From a virus: a DNA stretch of 63,050 nt. The stretch lies in IMG/VR virus record IMGVR_UViG_3300045988_082360, one strand, 5' to 3'. The position numbers and the translations under genes were made by a program. The notes under the pieces were generated by a model. That model did no database searches, was not told the origin of the DNA, and saw only the letters and a program-made list of their open reading frames with translations. Below, piece after piece: positions 24,962-33,700 of this stretch (position 1 is the first letter of the stretch; each line of letters opens with the position of its first letter).

Positions 24962-25320
24962 ATGTGTGAAAATTTCAATCGTGTTTTTGTTTATATGCTA
25001 CGCGAGTTTTTGAAACAGACAGATCCTAAAACAATTCGCGGCGTTTCAAAAGAACGTATGCTCATACAAAAAAACCAACACCTACCGATTTTCAAAAATA
25101 TTCCGTCCAAAGATGGGCAATTTCAGAACTTATAACAGCGATTCTTGCGAATCCGTGCAATTCAGCAGAGGATACCGCATATCGACTCGCATTAACTTTC
25201 TATAAATGTGCGTATGCTGCGGTTGATTCGAGGATGTATGAGGTATTTCATATAGCAGCAGAGTTTGTTGACAAGGAAGTTATTGGGTTGTTTAGAAACA
25301 ATCGAGGAATATATCCTTGA
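24962..25320 (+). CDS. paralog family 1 gene that needs a -1 frameshift at A_AAA_AAC (25069-25075), or is a homopolymer-indel pseudogene
   Basis: The zero frame stops at 25133-25135. The -1 frame is open from 25069 to TGA 25318-25320. It encodes QRWAISELITAILANP...VFHIAAEFVDKEVIGLF, which matches the 14721 and 12910 ORFs. Confidence 0.5.
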
Positions 25321-25348
25321 TAAAACAACTTATCGAAAGGAGAAGCCA

Positions 25349-26221
25349 ATGCTTTTATGGAAGCCCGCAAAAAAGAAGAAAACGGCTCATGCAAAGAAAG
25401 AGCCGCCTAAACCATATACGCCCCCTGATATTCCGAAGTTTGTTCAACAAAGCGAGAAAACAAAAGCCAAGGAAGAGAAACGAGTTCCTCCCGAAAAAGC
25501 GTTCATGGACACTTTACGACAGCTTACGAGCCGCCATCGGTCTATTGATATTTGGCGAGACTTTGTGGTGATGTCCGCATGTTCGTTTTCAAATGCTGTC
25601 GACAAGACACCGTTGCATTATCCCAAGCGTGAAAAACGTTATCTGCAAATCATAAAGAAGTATCGTCCGGAGGAACAAAAGTTATTTCCAGAACTACTCG
25701 CCCACCTCGTCATGGCCATGGAGGAAAATCCAGAACAGGATTTCCTTGGGGAGCTTTATATGACGCTTGAACTCTATGACAGTCGTTCCGGTCAGGTGTT
25801 TACACCATATCACGTCTGCCAGATGATGGCTGATATTTCTATGGACGATACTCTTAAGGACCGGATTGATATGAAGGGATATATCACGCTCTCTGATCCA
25901 TGTTGCGGGGCCGGAGCGACGATAATCGCCGGTGTAAACACGGTAAAAAAGCTACTGGAAAAAGAACATCTCAACTTCCAGAACTATGTGCTGGTGTCTG
26001 CTCAGGACATCGACGAACTCGTTGCGCTGATGTGCTATTTGCAGATATCGCTGCTTGGCGTTGCCGGATATGTTAAGGTCGGCAATTCGCTTACCGATCC
26101 AATCACAGATGGTGACTCTTTGGAGAACTACTGGTTCACGCCTATGTACTTCAGCGATTTCTGGTGTACGCGACGAATTATCCGTAGAATGCAGGATATT
26201 TTGGAGAGTGACTCGAAATGA
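25349..26221 (+). CDS. N6-adenine-methyltransferase-like protein with a degenerate catalytic motif
   Basis: It has GQVFTPYHV (motif X-like) and LSDPCCGAGATII (motif I). Where NPP(Y/F) is expected, only FTPMYF is present. The N-terminus is Lys-rich. Confidence 0.5.
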   Translation: MLLWKPAKKKKTAHAKKEPPKPYTPPDIPKFVQQSEKTKAKEEKRVPPEKAFMDTLRQLTSRHRSIDIWRDFVVMSACSFSNAVDKTPLHYPKREKRYLQIIKKYRPEEQKLFPELLAHLVMAMEENPEQDFLGELYMTLELYDSRSGQVFTPYHVCQMMADISMDDTLKDRIDMKGYITLSDPCCGAGATIIAGVNTVKKLLEKEHLNFQNYVLVSAQDIDELVALMCYLQISLLGVAGYVKVGNSLTDPITDGDSLENYWFTPMYFSDFWCTRRIIRRMQDILESDSK

Positions 26222-27453
26222 GTATCAGTCTGTACGATCATCAGCGCAGCGCCCTTGAAAAAATGAAGAACGGTTGCATTCTATGCGGCGGGGTCGGCTC
26301 CGGTAAATCCAGAACTGCTCTCGCCTATTACTATCTTCAACAAGGCGGAAATCTTGACATTCCTGATGCGCCGATGAAAAATCCGCTTGATATTTACATC
26401 ATCACCACGGCACGCAAGCGCGATACCTGTGAATGGGAGAATGAGTTGGCTCCATTCCTGCTCTCCACCCATGAGGACTGCAATTACTACAAGAACAAGG
26501 TCGTCATCGACTCGTGGAACAACATCGGCAAGTACAAAGATGTAAAAAACAGTTTCTTTATATTTGACGAGCAGCGTGTCGTCGGTTACGGGGCTTGGAC
26601 AAAAGCATTCCTGAAAATCGCCAAGGTGAATAAATGGATCTTGCTCTCCGCTACCCCCGGGGATACCTGGCAGGATTATATCCCAGTCTTCATCGCAAAT
26701 GGATTTTACCGGAACAAGACCGACTTCATCGACCAGCATGTAGTTTATGATTGGAGGTCAAAGTATCCAAAGGTTGACCGATACCTCAACACCGGACGGC
26801 TGATCCGTCTGCGCAATCGCATTCTCGTGACAATGGAGTTCGAGCGGCACACCACATCGCATCATCAAGATGTGCCTGTTTCCTACAACATTCCGCTCTA
26901 CAAAGATATTTCTCGAAACCGCTGGAACCCTTGGGAAGACCGTCCTATTGAAACGGCTTCTGAGCTTTGTATGAACTGGCGCCGCGTGGTGAATTCAGAC
27001 GAGTCCCGCAGCGTGGCCGTGTTGGAGATCATGGAAGATCACCCTAAAGTCATCATCTTTTACAATTTCGACTACGAGCTTGATATTCTCAAAAATCTTG
27101 GTTACCCCGATGGGACTGAAGTCGCTGAATGGAACGGTCACAAGCATCAAGAGATCCCGACCGGCGACAAATGGGTCTATCTCGTGCAGTACACGGCCGG
27201 CTGCGAGGGCTGGAACTGCATTACCACTGATACGATCATCTTCTACTCGCAGAACTATTCCTATAAGGTCATGGTTCAGGCTTCCGGACGAATCGACCGT
27301 CTGACGACGCCATTCAGTGACCTTTATTACTTCCATCTAAAGAGCTTTTCCGGTATTGATCTGGCGATCAGCAAGGCACTCAAGGAGAAGAAGAACTTCA
27401 ATGAGGGTCGCTTTGTCGGGTGGTCTACTGCGCCGATGCCGAAAGCTGCATGA
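26218..27453 (+). CDS. SF2 (SNF2/DEAD-like) helicase
   Basis: Motif I GGVGSGKSRTAL, motif II FIFDEQ, motif III LLSATPGD, motif VI QASGRIDRL. Confidence 0.7.
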   Translation: MSISLYDHQRSALEKMKNGCILCGGVGSGKSRTALAYYYLQQGGNLDIPDAPMKNPLDIYIITTARKRDTCEWENELAPFLLSTHEDCNYYKNKVVIDSWNNIGKYKDVKNSFFIFDEQRVVGYGAWTKAFLKIAKVNKWILLSATPGDTWQDYIPVFIANGFYRNKTDFIDQHVVYDWRSKYPKVDRYLNTGRLIRLRNRILVTMEFERHTTSHHQDVPVSYNIPLYKDISRNRWNPWEDRPIETASELCMNWRRVVNSDESRSVAVLEIMEDHPKVIIFYNFDYELDILKNLGYPDGTEVAEWNGHKHQEIPTGDKWVYLVQYTAGCEGWNCITTDTIIFYSQNYSYKVMVQASGRIDRLTTPFSDLYYFHLKSFSGIDLAISKALKEKKNFNEGRFVGWSTAPMPKAA

Positions 27454-27470
27454 CATGAAAAGGAGAAATT

Positions 27471-28763
27471 ATGGATAACGCAAAAATTATTGCTGTCGAC
27501 TTCGATGGCACTTTGGTTGAAAACAAATGGCCTGAGATCGGTGCACCGATTGAAAAAAACATCGCCAAGGTTAAGGCTGAACAGGAAGCTGGCGCCAAAA
27601 TCATTCTTTGGACGAACCGCGTCGGCGAACCTTTGGAAAAGGCACTTTCGTTCTGCAAAGAGCAGGGTATCCACCTCGATGCTGTCAATGAGAATCTGCC
27701 CGAAATCACAAAAGCATTTGGGACGGACTGCCGGAAAATCTTCGCCAACGAGTATTGGGATGATCGCGCAGTGCCTATGTCCGAGAAGGATATTGGAGAA
27801 TTCTCCGACGGGTTCCACACTTTCAATTCTCTCTATCATCAGCGGCTCATCCTCTTCGCAGCCTTGGTGAACACTTTCCCGACGCTTGCTTGGAAATCCC
27901 ACAAGCATTCGGATGGAGAGGCTCCGTTTGGCGGAGGCTGGTTCATCGTTGGCGTCGACACGCCAAAAGGGCCCTATACCTATCATTACGAGGACAAGGA
28001 CTGGGACCTGTTCCACTGCAAAGAGGTGGCCACTGCCCCTGAGTGGGACGGCCATACCGATAAGGATGTCGAGCGGGTACTTTCCCTTTCCGATGACGAG
28101 AGTGATTGGGCGGCTCGTGAAGTTGCTCTTGCTTCTAAGAAAGAACGCGAAAGTGCCGAAGATAAAGACGACTGGGATTACGGTGTTGCGTGCTATGAGA
28201 GTGCCCTCAGAGCGTATCGGTCTTTGGAACGCGACGGCCACTCCGGTATGAGCATTCAGATCACCAAGAGCATCCTGAACCGCCTCATTGACGGCAAATG
28301 CCTTACCCCCATTGAGGACGATCCTGATATTTGGACTAAGGTCGAGTTTGGTGAGAACGACCCTATCCAGCACTTCCAGTGCAAGCGCATGAGCAGCCTG
28401 TTTAAGGATGTCGCCGAGGACGGTACGGTCACTTACTCGGATGTCAACCGTGTTCAGCTCATCAACAAAGAAAGCCCTGATATTCCGTTCAGAAACGGCT
28501 TCGGTACTCGCCTTATCGACAAGACGTATCCAATCACGCTTCCGTACTTCCCGGCGGACAAGAAGTTCAAGATCATCGTCGAAGAGTTTCTGACCGATGA
28601 GAAAAATGGCGACTTCGATACCGTCGGCTATCTCCAGCTTATTCTTCCCAATGGCAACACCGTTGAGCTGAATGGATATTTCAAAGATGGTCCGGAAGGC
28701 ATGGTTCGCATCGAGCAGGCTGAGTACGAAGAGAGAAAAGCTAACCGGATCGACAAGAAGTAA
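27471..28763 (+). CDS. HAD-superfamily phosphatase-like N-domain fused to an unknown C-terminal domain
   Basis: It has IIAVDFDGTLV (the DxDxT motif) and ILWTNR. The remaining ~300 aa were not recognised. Confidence 0.5.
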   Translation: MDNAKIIAVDFDGTLVENKWPEIGAPIEKNIAKVKAEQEAGAKIILWTNRVGEPLEKALSFCKEQGIHLDAVNENLPEITKAFGTDCRKIFANEYWDDRAVPMSEKDIGEFSDGFHTFNSLYHQRLILFAALVNTFPTLAWKSHKHSDGEAPFGGGWFIVGVDTPKGPYTYHYEDKDWDLFHCKEVATAPEWDGHTDKDVERVLSLSDDESDWAAREVALASKKERESAEDKDDWDYGVACYESALRAYRSLERDGHSGMSIQITKSILNRLIDGKCLTPIEDDPDIWTKVEFGENDPIQHFQCKRMSSLFKDVAEDGTVTYSDVNRVQLINKESPDIPFRNGFGTRLIDKTYPITLPYFPADKKFKIIVEEFLTDEKNGDFDTVGYLQLILPNGNTVELNGYFKDGPEGMVRIEQAEYEERKANRIDKK

Positions 28764-28789
28764 CCACTGATATTTGAAAGGAGAAAAAT

Positions 28790-29272
28790 ATGATCCCCAT
28801 TGATACAATAGTCAGCATTAAATCCGGTGACGAGTACGGTGGTAAATACACCGGAAAACTCGGCATCATTAAAAAGTTTACAGATGATCGGGTCGGAGTG
28901 GAGTTTGCCGGCCTTAAAAACCACGCAAGCAAATACGGCCTCTTCTGGTTCAAGAAAGAGAATGTGACACCTTCACTCTTTGATGCGCCGAAGCGCAACG
29001 ATGCAATCATTCCGGCGGCTCTTGCTAAGGCTTTCCTCAACTTCACTTTCGGAGCCCCCAGGGCATCGCTCGGCGTGAAGCAGGTCATTTTCAGTGGTCC
29101 TAAAACGATCGTGTTCTGGCTCGACGGAACAAAGACTATCGTTTCTTGCGGCGAGGGTGATGACAATGATCCCTATGCCGGGTTCTGTGCTGCTGTTACG
29201 AAGCGAGTCTTTGGCTCCACTTCTCAGGCAAAGAAGGTCTTGGCAAGAACGAGAAAGGAGACTTCCAAATGA
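28790..29272 (+). CDS. hypothetical phage protein (SH3/KOW-like N-terminus)
   Basis: RBS AAAGGAGAAAAA is upstream. The C-terminal pattern is VIFSGPKTIVFWLDGTKTIVSCGEGDDNDPYAGFCAAVTKRVFG. Confidence 0.45.
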   Translation: MIPIDTIVSIKSGDEYGGKYTGKLGIIKKFTDDRVGVEFAGLKNHASKYGLFWFKKENVTPSLFDAPKRNDAIIPAALAKAFLNFTFGAPRASLGVKQVIFSGPKTIVFWLDGTKTIVSCGEGDDNDPYAGFCAAVTKRVFGSTSQAKKVLARTRKETSK

Positions 29273-29565
29273 GCACCATTTATATCGGCGAACGGCAAAG
29301 CGGCAAAACAACTATGCTCATCGAAATGTCTGAAAAGACCGGTGCCACCATCGTTGTGGCTACCTATCAGATGGGTAAGAAAATTCCTGTTCCCATCACG
29401 GTGACGAACTATATCCGTCTTCTCGCAAGCGGTGGTCTTGGGAGATCTGAGAAGTATCTCGTAGATGAGCTTCAGATGATACTCTCTGCTATGAATGTCG
29501 AAGCTGCTACTGTTGACTGCGACTGCATTGAGGTTCTTCGCGGCCAGCAGAAAGAAGGTTTGTAA
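29269..29565 (+). CDS. small P-loop protein
   Basis: Walker A-like GERQSGKTT. Confidence 0.45.
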   Translation: MSTIYIGERQSGKTTMLIEMSEKTGATIVVATYQMGKKIPVPITVTNYIRLLASGGLGRSEKYLVDELQMILSAMNVEAATVDCDCIEVLRGQQKEGL

Positions 29566-29861
29566 TGGCCGGGCTTAAAATGAATGTTGAGTTCCCAACT
29601 CGACTCTGTGAAGTCAAAGGTGAGCTCGGATATTTTCACCTTTGGGAGCGGTGGAGCAATGTCATTGATGCCAGCCCGCTTCGTGGAGGGCATCCTGCTG
29701 GTCAGATTGGGCAGGTTTATGGCATTGTTGAATTCAAAGATGGTGTTCGCCGTGTCGATCCTGTTTCCATCAAGTTTTGCGATGAGGAGAATGCCGCTCT
29801 CTGTGCGCTTGTAAAGCACAATGAGGCGTTAAGGAAAGGAGAAACAAATGCTGAAGATTGA
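29565..29861 (+). CDS. hypothetical protein
   Basis: ORF with an ATGG overlap, packed in the operon. Confidence 0.4.
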   Translation: MAGLKMNVEFPTRLCEVKGELGYFHLWERWSNVIDASPLRGGHPAGQIGQVYGIVEFKDGVRRVDPVSIKFCDEENAALCALVKHNEALRKGETNAED

Positions 29862-30594
29862 AAATGTCGAAGTTCTTGGCTGGGGGCACGCCATTCGAGG
29901 CATGAGGAACCCTAAGAACTCGTGGGCGAAAAGCGATAGTGGCCCAGAATGTCCTTATGGGAAAGAAAAATGTTGCGGAGAATGCCAGCAAAATTTCTGC
30001 ATTGGCCCCAACGATAAGCAACTCATGATGGCCCTCCGCAACGCTGGTACGGATCATCGTAAGTTCATGCGGATGATTACCGTCTATCTCGACATCACTG
30101 CACCGCTGTACTGGTGGAAAGAGTTCGACACCTATAAGGTCGGTACGGTCGCCAACTCCTGCTCGACGATGCACAAAATTACTGACAAGGAGTTTACACT
30201 GGATGATTTTAGTCACGAGCACCTCATTGACTATTGTTTATATTCTTGCAATGAAGTCGATGAACCCGTGATAAACGACGCTCCTCATATTGGGTGCGGA
30301 GGACTTCAGCTTCTTAACCTGACAATTAACGTCCTCAATTATTACAGGGAAAAATATCTTGTAGCGACGAAGACTGAGGAATATACCGGCCTCCCCGCCA
30401 AGGATATTTGGTGGCAGATGATCCAGCTTCTCCCCAGTTCCTACAACCAGAAGCGGACGGTAATGCTGAACTATGAGGTTCTGGCCAATATCTACAAATC
30501 CCGTCGGCATCACAAGCTCGATGAATGGCATACACTTTGCGACCGGATTGAAAATCTGCCTTATTCTGCGTTGATTACCGGCACTGCCGTTTGA
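29848..30594 (+). CDS. ThyX-like (flavin-dependent thymidylate synthase fold) protein, divergent motif
   Basis: It contains ITVYLDITAPLYWWKEFDTYKVGTVANSCSTMH in place of the RHRxxSxxxxSxR signature. It lies in a nucleotide-metabolism neighbourhood. Confidence 0.35.
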   Translation: MLKIENVEVLGWGHAIRGMRNPKNSWAKSDSGPECPYGKEKCCGECQQNFCIGPNDKQLMMALRNAGTDHRKFMRMITVYLDITAPLYWWKEFDTYKVGTVANSCSTMHKITDKEFTLDDFSHEHLIDYCLYSCNEVDEPVINDAPHIGCGGLQLLNLTINVLNYYREKYLVATKTEEYTGLPAKDIWWQMIQLLPSSYNQKRTVMLNYEVLANIYKSRRHHKLDEWHTLCDRIENLPYSALITGTAV

Positions 30595-30637
30595 CACCAC
30601 TCCGGCTGTTATGATACAATCATAAAAAAGAAATCAT

Positions 30638-30665
30638 GCGCAAAAAGTACATCGCCTATTATGGA
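30638..30665 (+). promoter_or_regulatory. 28-nt conserved motif, copy H
   Basis: GCGCAAAAAGTACATCGCCTATTATGGA. Confidence 0.6.
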
Positions 30666-30681
30666 AGGAGGTTGTTAGGCT

Positions 30682-30882
30682 ATGGCTGAACGCAACGATT
30701 CTCACCTTCTGGATGGTGGTGATTCTGTGGGTATGACGGATAACCAGTACAAGGGCATGCTGCTTGACCAGTTGGAAGACTGGCAGGAGATCCTTGACCT
30801 GGCAATCGCAGCCGGGAACACCGAGATTCAGAAAAAGGCTGAGAAGCAAATCGCGAAGATCAACGAAAAGCTGAAATTCTAA
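30682..30882 (+). CDS. hypothetical small protein
   Basis: GGAGG lies before ATG 30682, and a terminator-like hairpin follows. Confidence 0.45.
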   Translation: MAERNDSHLLDGGDSVGMTDNQYKGMLLDQLEDWQEILDLAIAAGNTEIQKKAEKQIAKINEKLKF

Positions 30883-30955
30883 TCTCTACCCAGAGGGAAG
30901 GGCTTGTGGAAACACAGGCTCTTCTCTTTTTATATTTTTCAGGAGTGTGAATACT

Positions 30956-31291
30956 ATGACACCTAATGAGTACCAGAAAGAAGCACTTCGGACCGCATCC
31001 GGAATGTCTAAGGAATACCCTCGTATTCTCAACGGCCTGATGGGTCTGAACGGCGAAGCCGGAGAATGCATTGATATTCTCAAAAAGCATCTTTACCAGG
31101 GCCACGCTTTCGATAGCGAACACATGGCAAAAGAACTTGGCGATGTCGCATGGTATCTGGCCATCAGCGCAGAAGCTATCGGATATGATCTGGAGACGAT
31201 CTTCCAGATGAACATTGATAAGCTCCGCGCCCGCTATCCCGATGGTTTTGATGCCGAACACAGTCTGCATCGCAGAGTGAATGATATTTGA
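30956..31291 (+). CDS. MazG-like nucleoside triphosphate pyrophosphohydrolase
   Basis: It contains YQKEALRTA...GLNGEAGECIDILKKHLYQGH...ELGDVAWYLA...NIDKLRARYPDGF. Confidence 0.7.
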   Translation: MTPNEYQKEALRTASGMSKEYPRILNGLMGLNGEAGECIDILKKHLYQGHAFDSEHMAKELGDVAWYLAISAEAIGYDLETIFQMNIDKLRARYPDGFDAEHSLHRRVNDI

Positions 31292-31306
31292 AAGGAGCTT
31301 GTGAAA

Positions 31307-31516
31307 ATGGATGAGAAAAAAATCCACTCAATCATTGATGAAGCAATGGCGGCTCGTGACCGCTCTGTGTCCATTTATATTTCGCCTGATGGCGGTGTTT
31401 CTGTTTCGGTCTTCCCGTGGCCGGACGAAGAGACACTCCGCAACATGAGAGCCAGCGGTCTGATTTCTCACAATGACTACCGGACACAACTTGGCCTGTC
31501 GCCTATGAAAGACTAA
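31307..31516 (+). CDS. hypothetical small protein
   Basis: AAAGGAG lies 9 nt before ATG 31307. Confidence 0.4.
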   Translation: MDEKKIHSIIDEAMAARDRSVSIYISPDGGVSVSVFPWPDEETLRNMRASGLISHNDYRTQLGLSPMKD

Positions 31517-31527
31517 GGAGGATCGCA

Positions 31528-31878
31528 ATGAACGAAAAAGTTCTGAGACATAAGGAAATCTGCGATGGGCTGAACGAGCTCTACGCACGCAAAAACCATG
31601 ACTATGGCGACAGCTTCCATACCACTTTCGTCGAGGAAGGTCTCGCTATGGCCCGTATCCGTTTGGGGGATAAGTTCTCCCGCTTCAAGACCCTGTCCCG
31701 CCTTTCCTGCAATGACCGCGACCAGCAGCAAGTTACGGATGAGTCCATTCGTGATACGCTGCTTGATCTCGCAAACTATGCCATCATGACTGTGTTGGAG
31801 ATGGATACACCGGATGAGAGTCATGCGACTATGTACGGTTATGACAAGCCTATCTATACTGTTAAGGAGGATAAGTAA
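31528..31878 (+). CDS. DUF1599-like (nucleotide-modification-associated) protein
   Basis: It contains ARKNHDYGDSFH...RIRLGDKFSRFKTL...LDLANYAIM. Confidence 0.5.
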   Translation: MNEKVLRHKEICDGLNELYARKNHDYGDSFHTTFVEEGLAMARIRLGDKFSRFKTLSRLSCNDRDQQQVTDESIRDTLLDLANYAIMTVLEMDTPDESHATMYGYDKPIYTVKEDK

Positions 31879-31879
31879 G

Positions 31880-32146
31880 ATGAAAGCTAAGAGAGCGCTT
31901 TGTATGCTTGCGGCAATCCTCCTCGTTGTCGCCATGATGCTGATGTTCCTGACGGGTTGTAACAGACAAGTCATCGACACGACATTCAGCTATGACAATG
32001 CTATCCTGGCGCTTCCCGATGGTTCAGTCATCAGCGGGAAAATTGAAAGCTGGAAAGACTATGATGACGGCGATCAGATTCAGGTAAAAATTGACGGAAC
32101 TACATATCTGGTTCATTCCGTCAACATCGTACTGATAAAGGAGTAA
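31880..32146 (+). CDS. lipoprotein
   Basis: Signal peptide plus lipobox: MKAKRALCMLAAILLVVAMMLMFLTGC. Confidence 0.6.
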   Translation: MKAKRALCMLAAILLVVAMMLMFLTGCNRQVIDTTFSYDNAILALPDGSVISGKIESWKDYDDGDQIQVKIDGTTYLVHSVNIVLIKE

Positions 32147-32151
32147 TGATT

Positions 32152-32475
32152 ATGTGGAAGCGCGAACTGATCCGCAACAAGATCTATGCGGTATTGATGG
32201 TGCTGGCATCTTTGCCGGTTGTTATTTTGGAGAAGGATGGTACGGTCCTTCTCCTTTCTCTTTTCTTCGGAGTTCCAATGTTCTTCGCAAAAGAAAACTG
32301 GATCATGGGAGGACCCGTTCATGAAAGTAAAGAAAGCCGGAAAAAGAGTGTTTGGAGCCGTAATGTCCGCTGCCGAGAAAAAGGCTATGGACATGGAGAT
32401 ACAGCGACAGCTCGCAGAGTACGATCGAAAGCATATCCGAGAGATCGACGCTCTGGTTCTGTGGGAGCTGCGTGA
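32152..32475 (+). CDS. small membrane protein (3' extension overlapping the next gene is doubtful)
   Basis: AAGGAG lies 8 nt before ATG 32152. Two TM helices are followed by a basic tail that overlaps the 32321 gene by 155 nt. Confidence 0.35.
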   Translation: MWKRELIRNKIYAVLMVLASLPVVILEKDGTVLLLSLFFGVPMFFAKENWIMGGPVHESKESRKKSVWSRNVRCREKGYGHGDTATARRVRSKAYPRDRRSGSVGAA

Positions 32476-32656
32476 ACAGCTCGGCTTCGGCAACAAGAGG
32501 CTTAAAAAATTCTATGACAACTTCTCCCGCGGCATCGAGGCTTTGATCCGTCGTTATGAGATGGAACAGGGCGATGATGTCTGGCTCTGTACCTACAAGC
32601 TGAAAGAGATCGGCTGTGATCTTGAAAAATGGGAGAAAGAAAGAGGTGACCAATGA
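32321..32656 (+). CDS. hypothetical protein
   Basis: GGGAGGA precedes ATG 32321. The sequence is helical and charged. Confidence 0.45.
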   Translation: MKVKKAGKRVFGAVMSAAEKKAMDMEIQRQLAEYDRKHIREIDALVLWELREQLGFGNKRLKKFYDNFSRGIEALIRRYEMEQGDDVWLCTYKLKEIGCDLEKWEKERGDQ

Positions 32657-32844
32657 GCGACCGAAAAAACTCGGAGGGCTACTCAGATCCGACAGCCTAC
32701 CAGGCCATGATGAACCTTGAAATCGAGGAGCTTCGCTTTAAGAAGTTGCTCAGGTCCATAAAGGATGTGTGTGACTTGGCAGACTTTGAGATCGAAGGTC
32801 GTGTCGTTCTGATCGACAAGCGGTCCGGACGGATATGGAGGTAG
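32653..32844 (+). CDS. hypothetical small protein
   Basis: ATGA overlap with the upstream gene. Confidence 0.4.
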   Translation: MSDRKNSEGYSDPTAYQAMMNLEIEELRFKKLLRSIKDVCDLADFEIEGRVVLIDKRSGRIWR

Positions 32845-32848
32845 AAAA

Positions 32849-33124
32849 ATGTTTAACTTTCCTACTGAAGATATTGTGAAGGCATTCGAGGCCTTTAGCG
32901 AAGCCATCAATCAGTTGGCTGCTGATATTGTTGATGCGTGGGAAGCTGTCACCGTGACTGTATCAGCCGTCCTCGACGATGATGCGCTCTGGCCAAACCG
33001 ATACGGAATGCAGCCTAAAAAGTACGGTCAATCTCTTCAGAAACACTCCAAAAAGTCATTCAAGCAATATGACTACATCCCGATTATGGCAAAAAATCTC
33101 CCTTATCAGCGGAGAGCATTTTAG
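32849..33124 (+). CDS. hypothetical small protein
   Basis: It is the last ORF before the 600-nt gene-free region. Confidence 0.4.
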   Translation: MFNFPTEDIVKAFEAFSEAINQLAADIVDAWEAVTVTVSAVLDDDALWPNRYGMQPKKYGQSLQKHSKKSFKQYDYIPIMAKNLPYQRRAF

Positions 33125-33201
33125 CAAAACTGCGTGAATTTGCCCCGGTTCTGTCTAATCTAAGATAGAATTCGGGGCTCTTTCATGCGCAAAAATCGTG
33201 G

Positions 33202-33464
33202 CCACTTTTATTTTGAAAAACGGGCTTCTGCCCACTTTCTTTCAGAAACTTGATATATTTGGGCGAGTTTAGAGACTTGTAGAGACGGTTCTGGCCAAAA
33301 AAAGTGGGTTTTTGCCCGGTTTTATTTGAAAAGTGGGCAGGCTGAAACCGTTGGTACACAAGGCTTTGCGGGATTTCTGCCCACTTTCCCACTTTTTTCT
33401 TTAATTAGTGTGAAGAAAAAATGTAAAAAAATATATATAAGTGACGAGAAAAAGTGGGTTTTTG
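33202..33464. repeat. iteron-like array of AAAGTGGG / CCCACTTT (7 copies, both orientations) with an AT-rich block
   Basis: Copies: CCACTTTT 33202-33209; CTGCCCACTTT 33228-33238 and 33377-33387; CCCACTTT 33388-33395; AAAGTGGGTTTTTG 33301-33314 and 33451-33464; AAAGTGGGCAG 33330-33340. The AT-rich block is at 33396-33440. Confidence 0.6.
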
Positions 33465-33517
33465 GCCAAAGCCCGATTTTCCTCAAAAAACTCTGACTTC
33501 CTTTTCGTGCGCGAGTG

Positions 33518-33526
33518 TGATATACT
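33518..33526 (+). promoter_or_regulatory. extended -10 promoter element TGATATACT
   Basis: It has the TGnTATACT form. There is no good -35 at 17 nt. It lies about 7 nt before the start of a long stem structure. Confidence 0.4.
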
Positions 33527-33532
33527 AAGCTT

Positions 33533-33700
33533 GCGACACAATTAAATCTTCTTATCCGCTTCACTATGGGAGAATTACTTGGCAACAAGTGTTTCTCTCT
33601 TAACTCGTTATACCCATAGTGGTGGTAAGAGGATTGTGTCGCAGCAATGAGAGATGCGCTTTTGCAGGGTGCGTCTCTTCGTTGGGGCGCACCTTTTTTA
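33533..33700 (+). ncRNA. structured leader RNA ending in an intrinsic terminator, upstream of the late/packaging operon
   Basis: Nested pairings: GCGACACAAT (33533-33542) with ATTGTGTCGC (33633-33642), and CACTATGGG (33562-33570) with CCCATAGTG (33613-33621). The terminator stem GGTGCG/CGCACC plus T6 is at 33668-33699. Confidence 0.45.
33667..33700 (+). terminator. intrinsic terminator 30 nt before the first late-operon gene
   Basis: GGTGCG-loop-CGCACC followed by TTTTTT. Confidence 0.6.
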
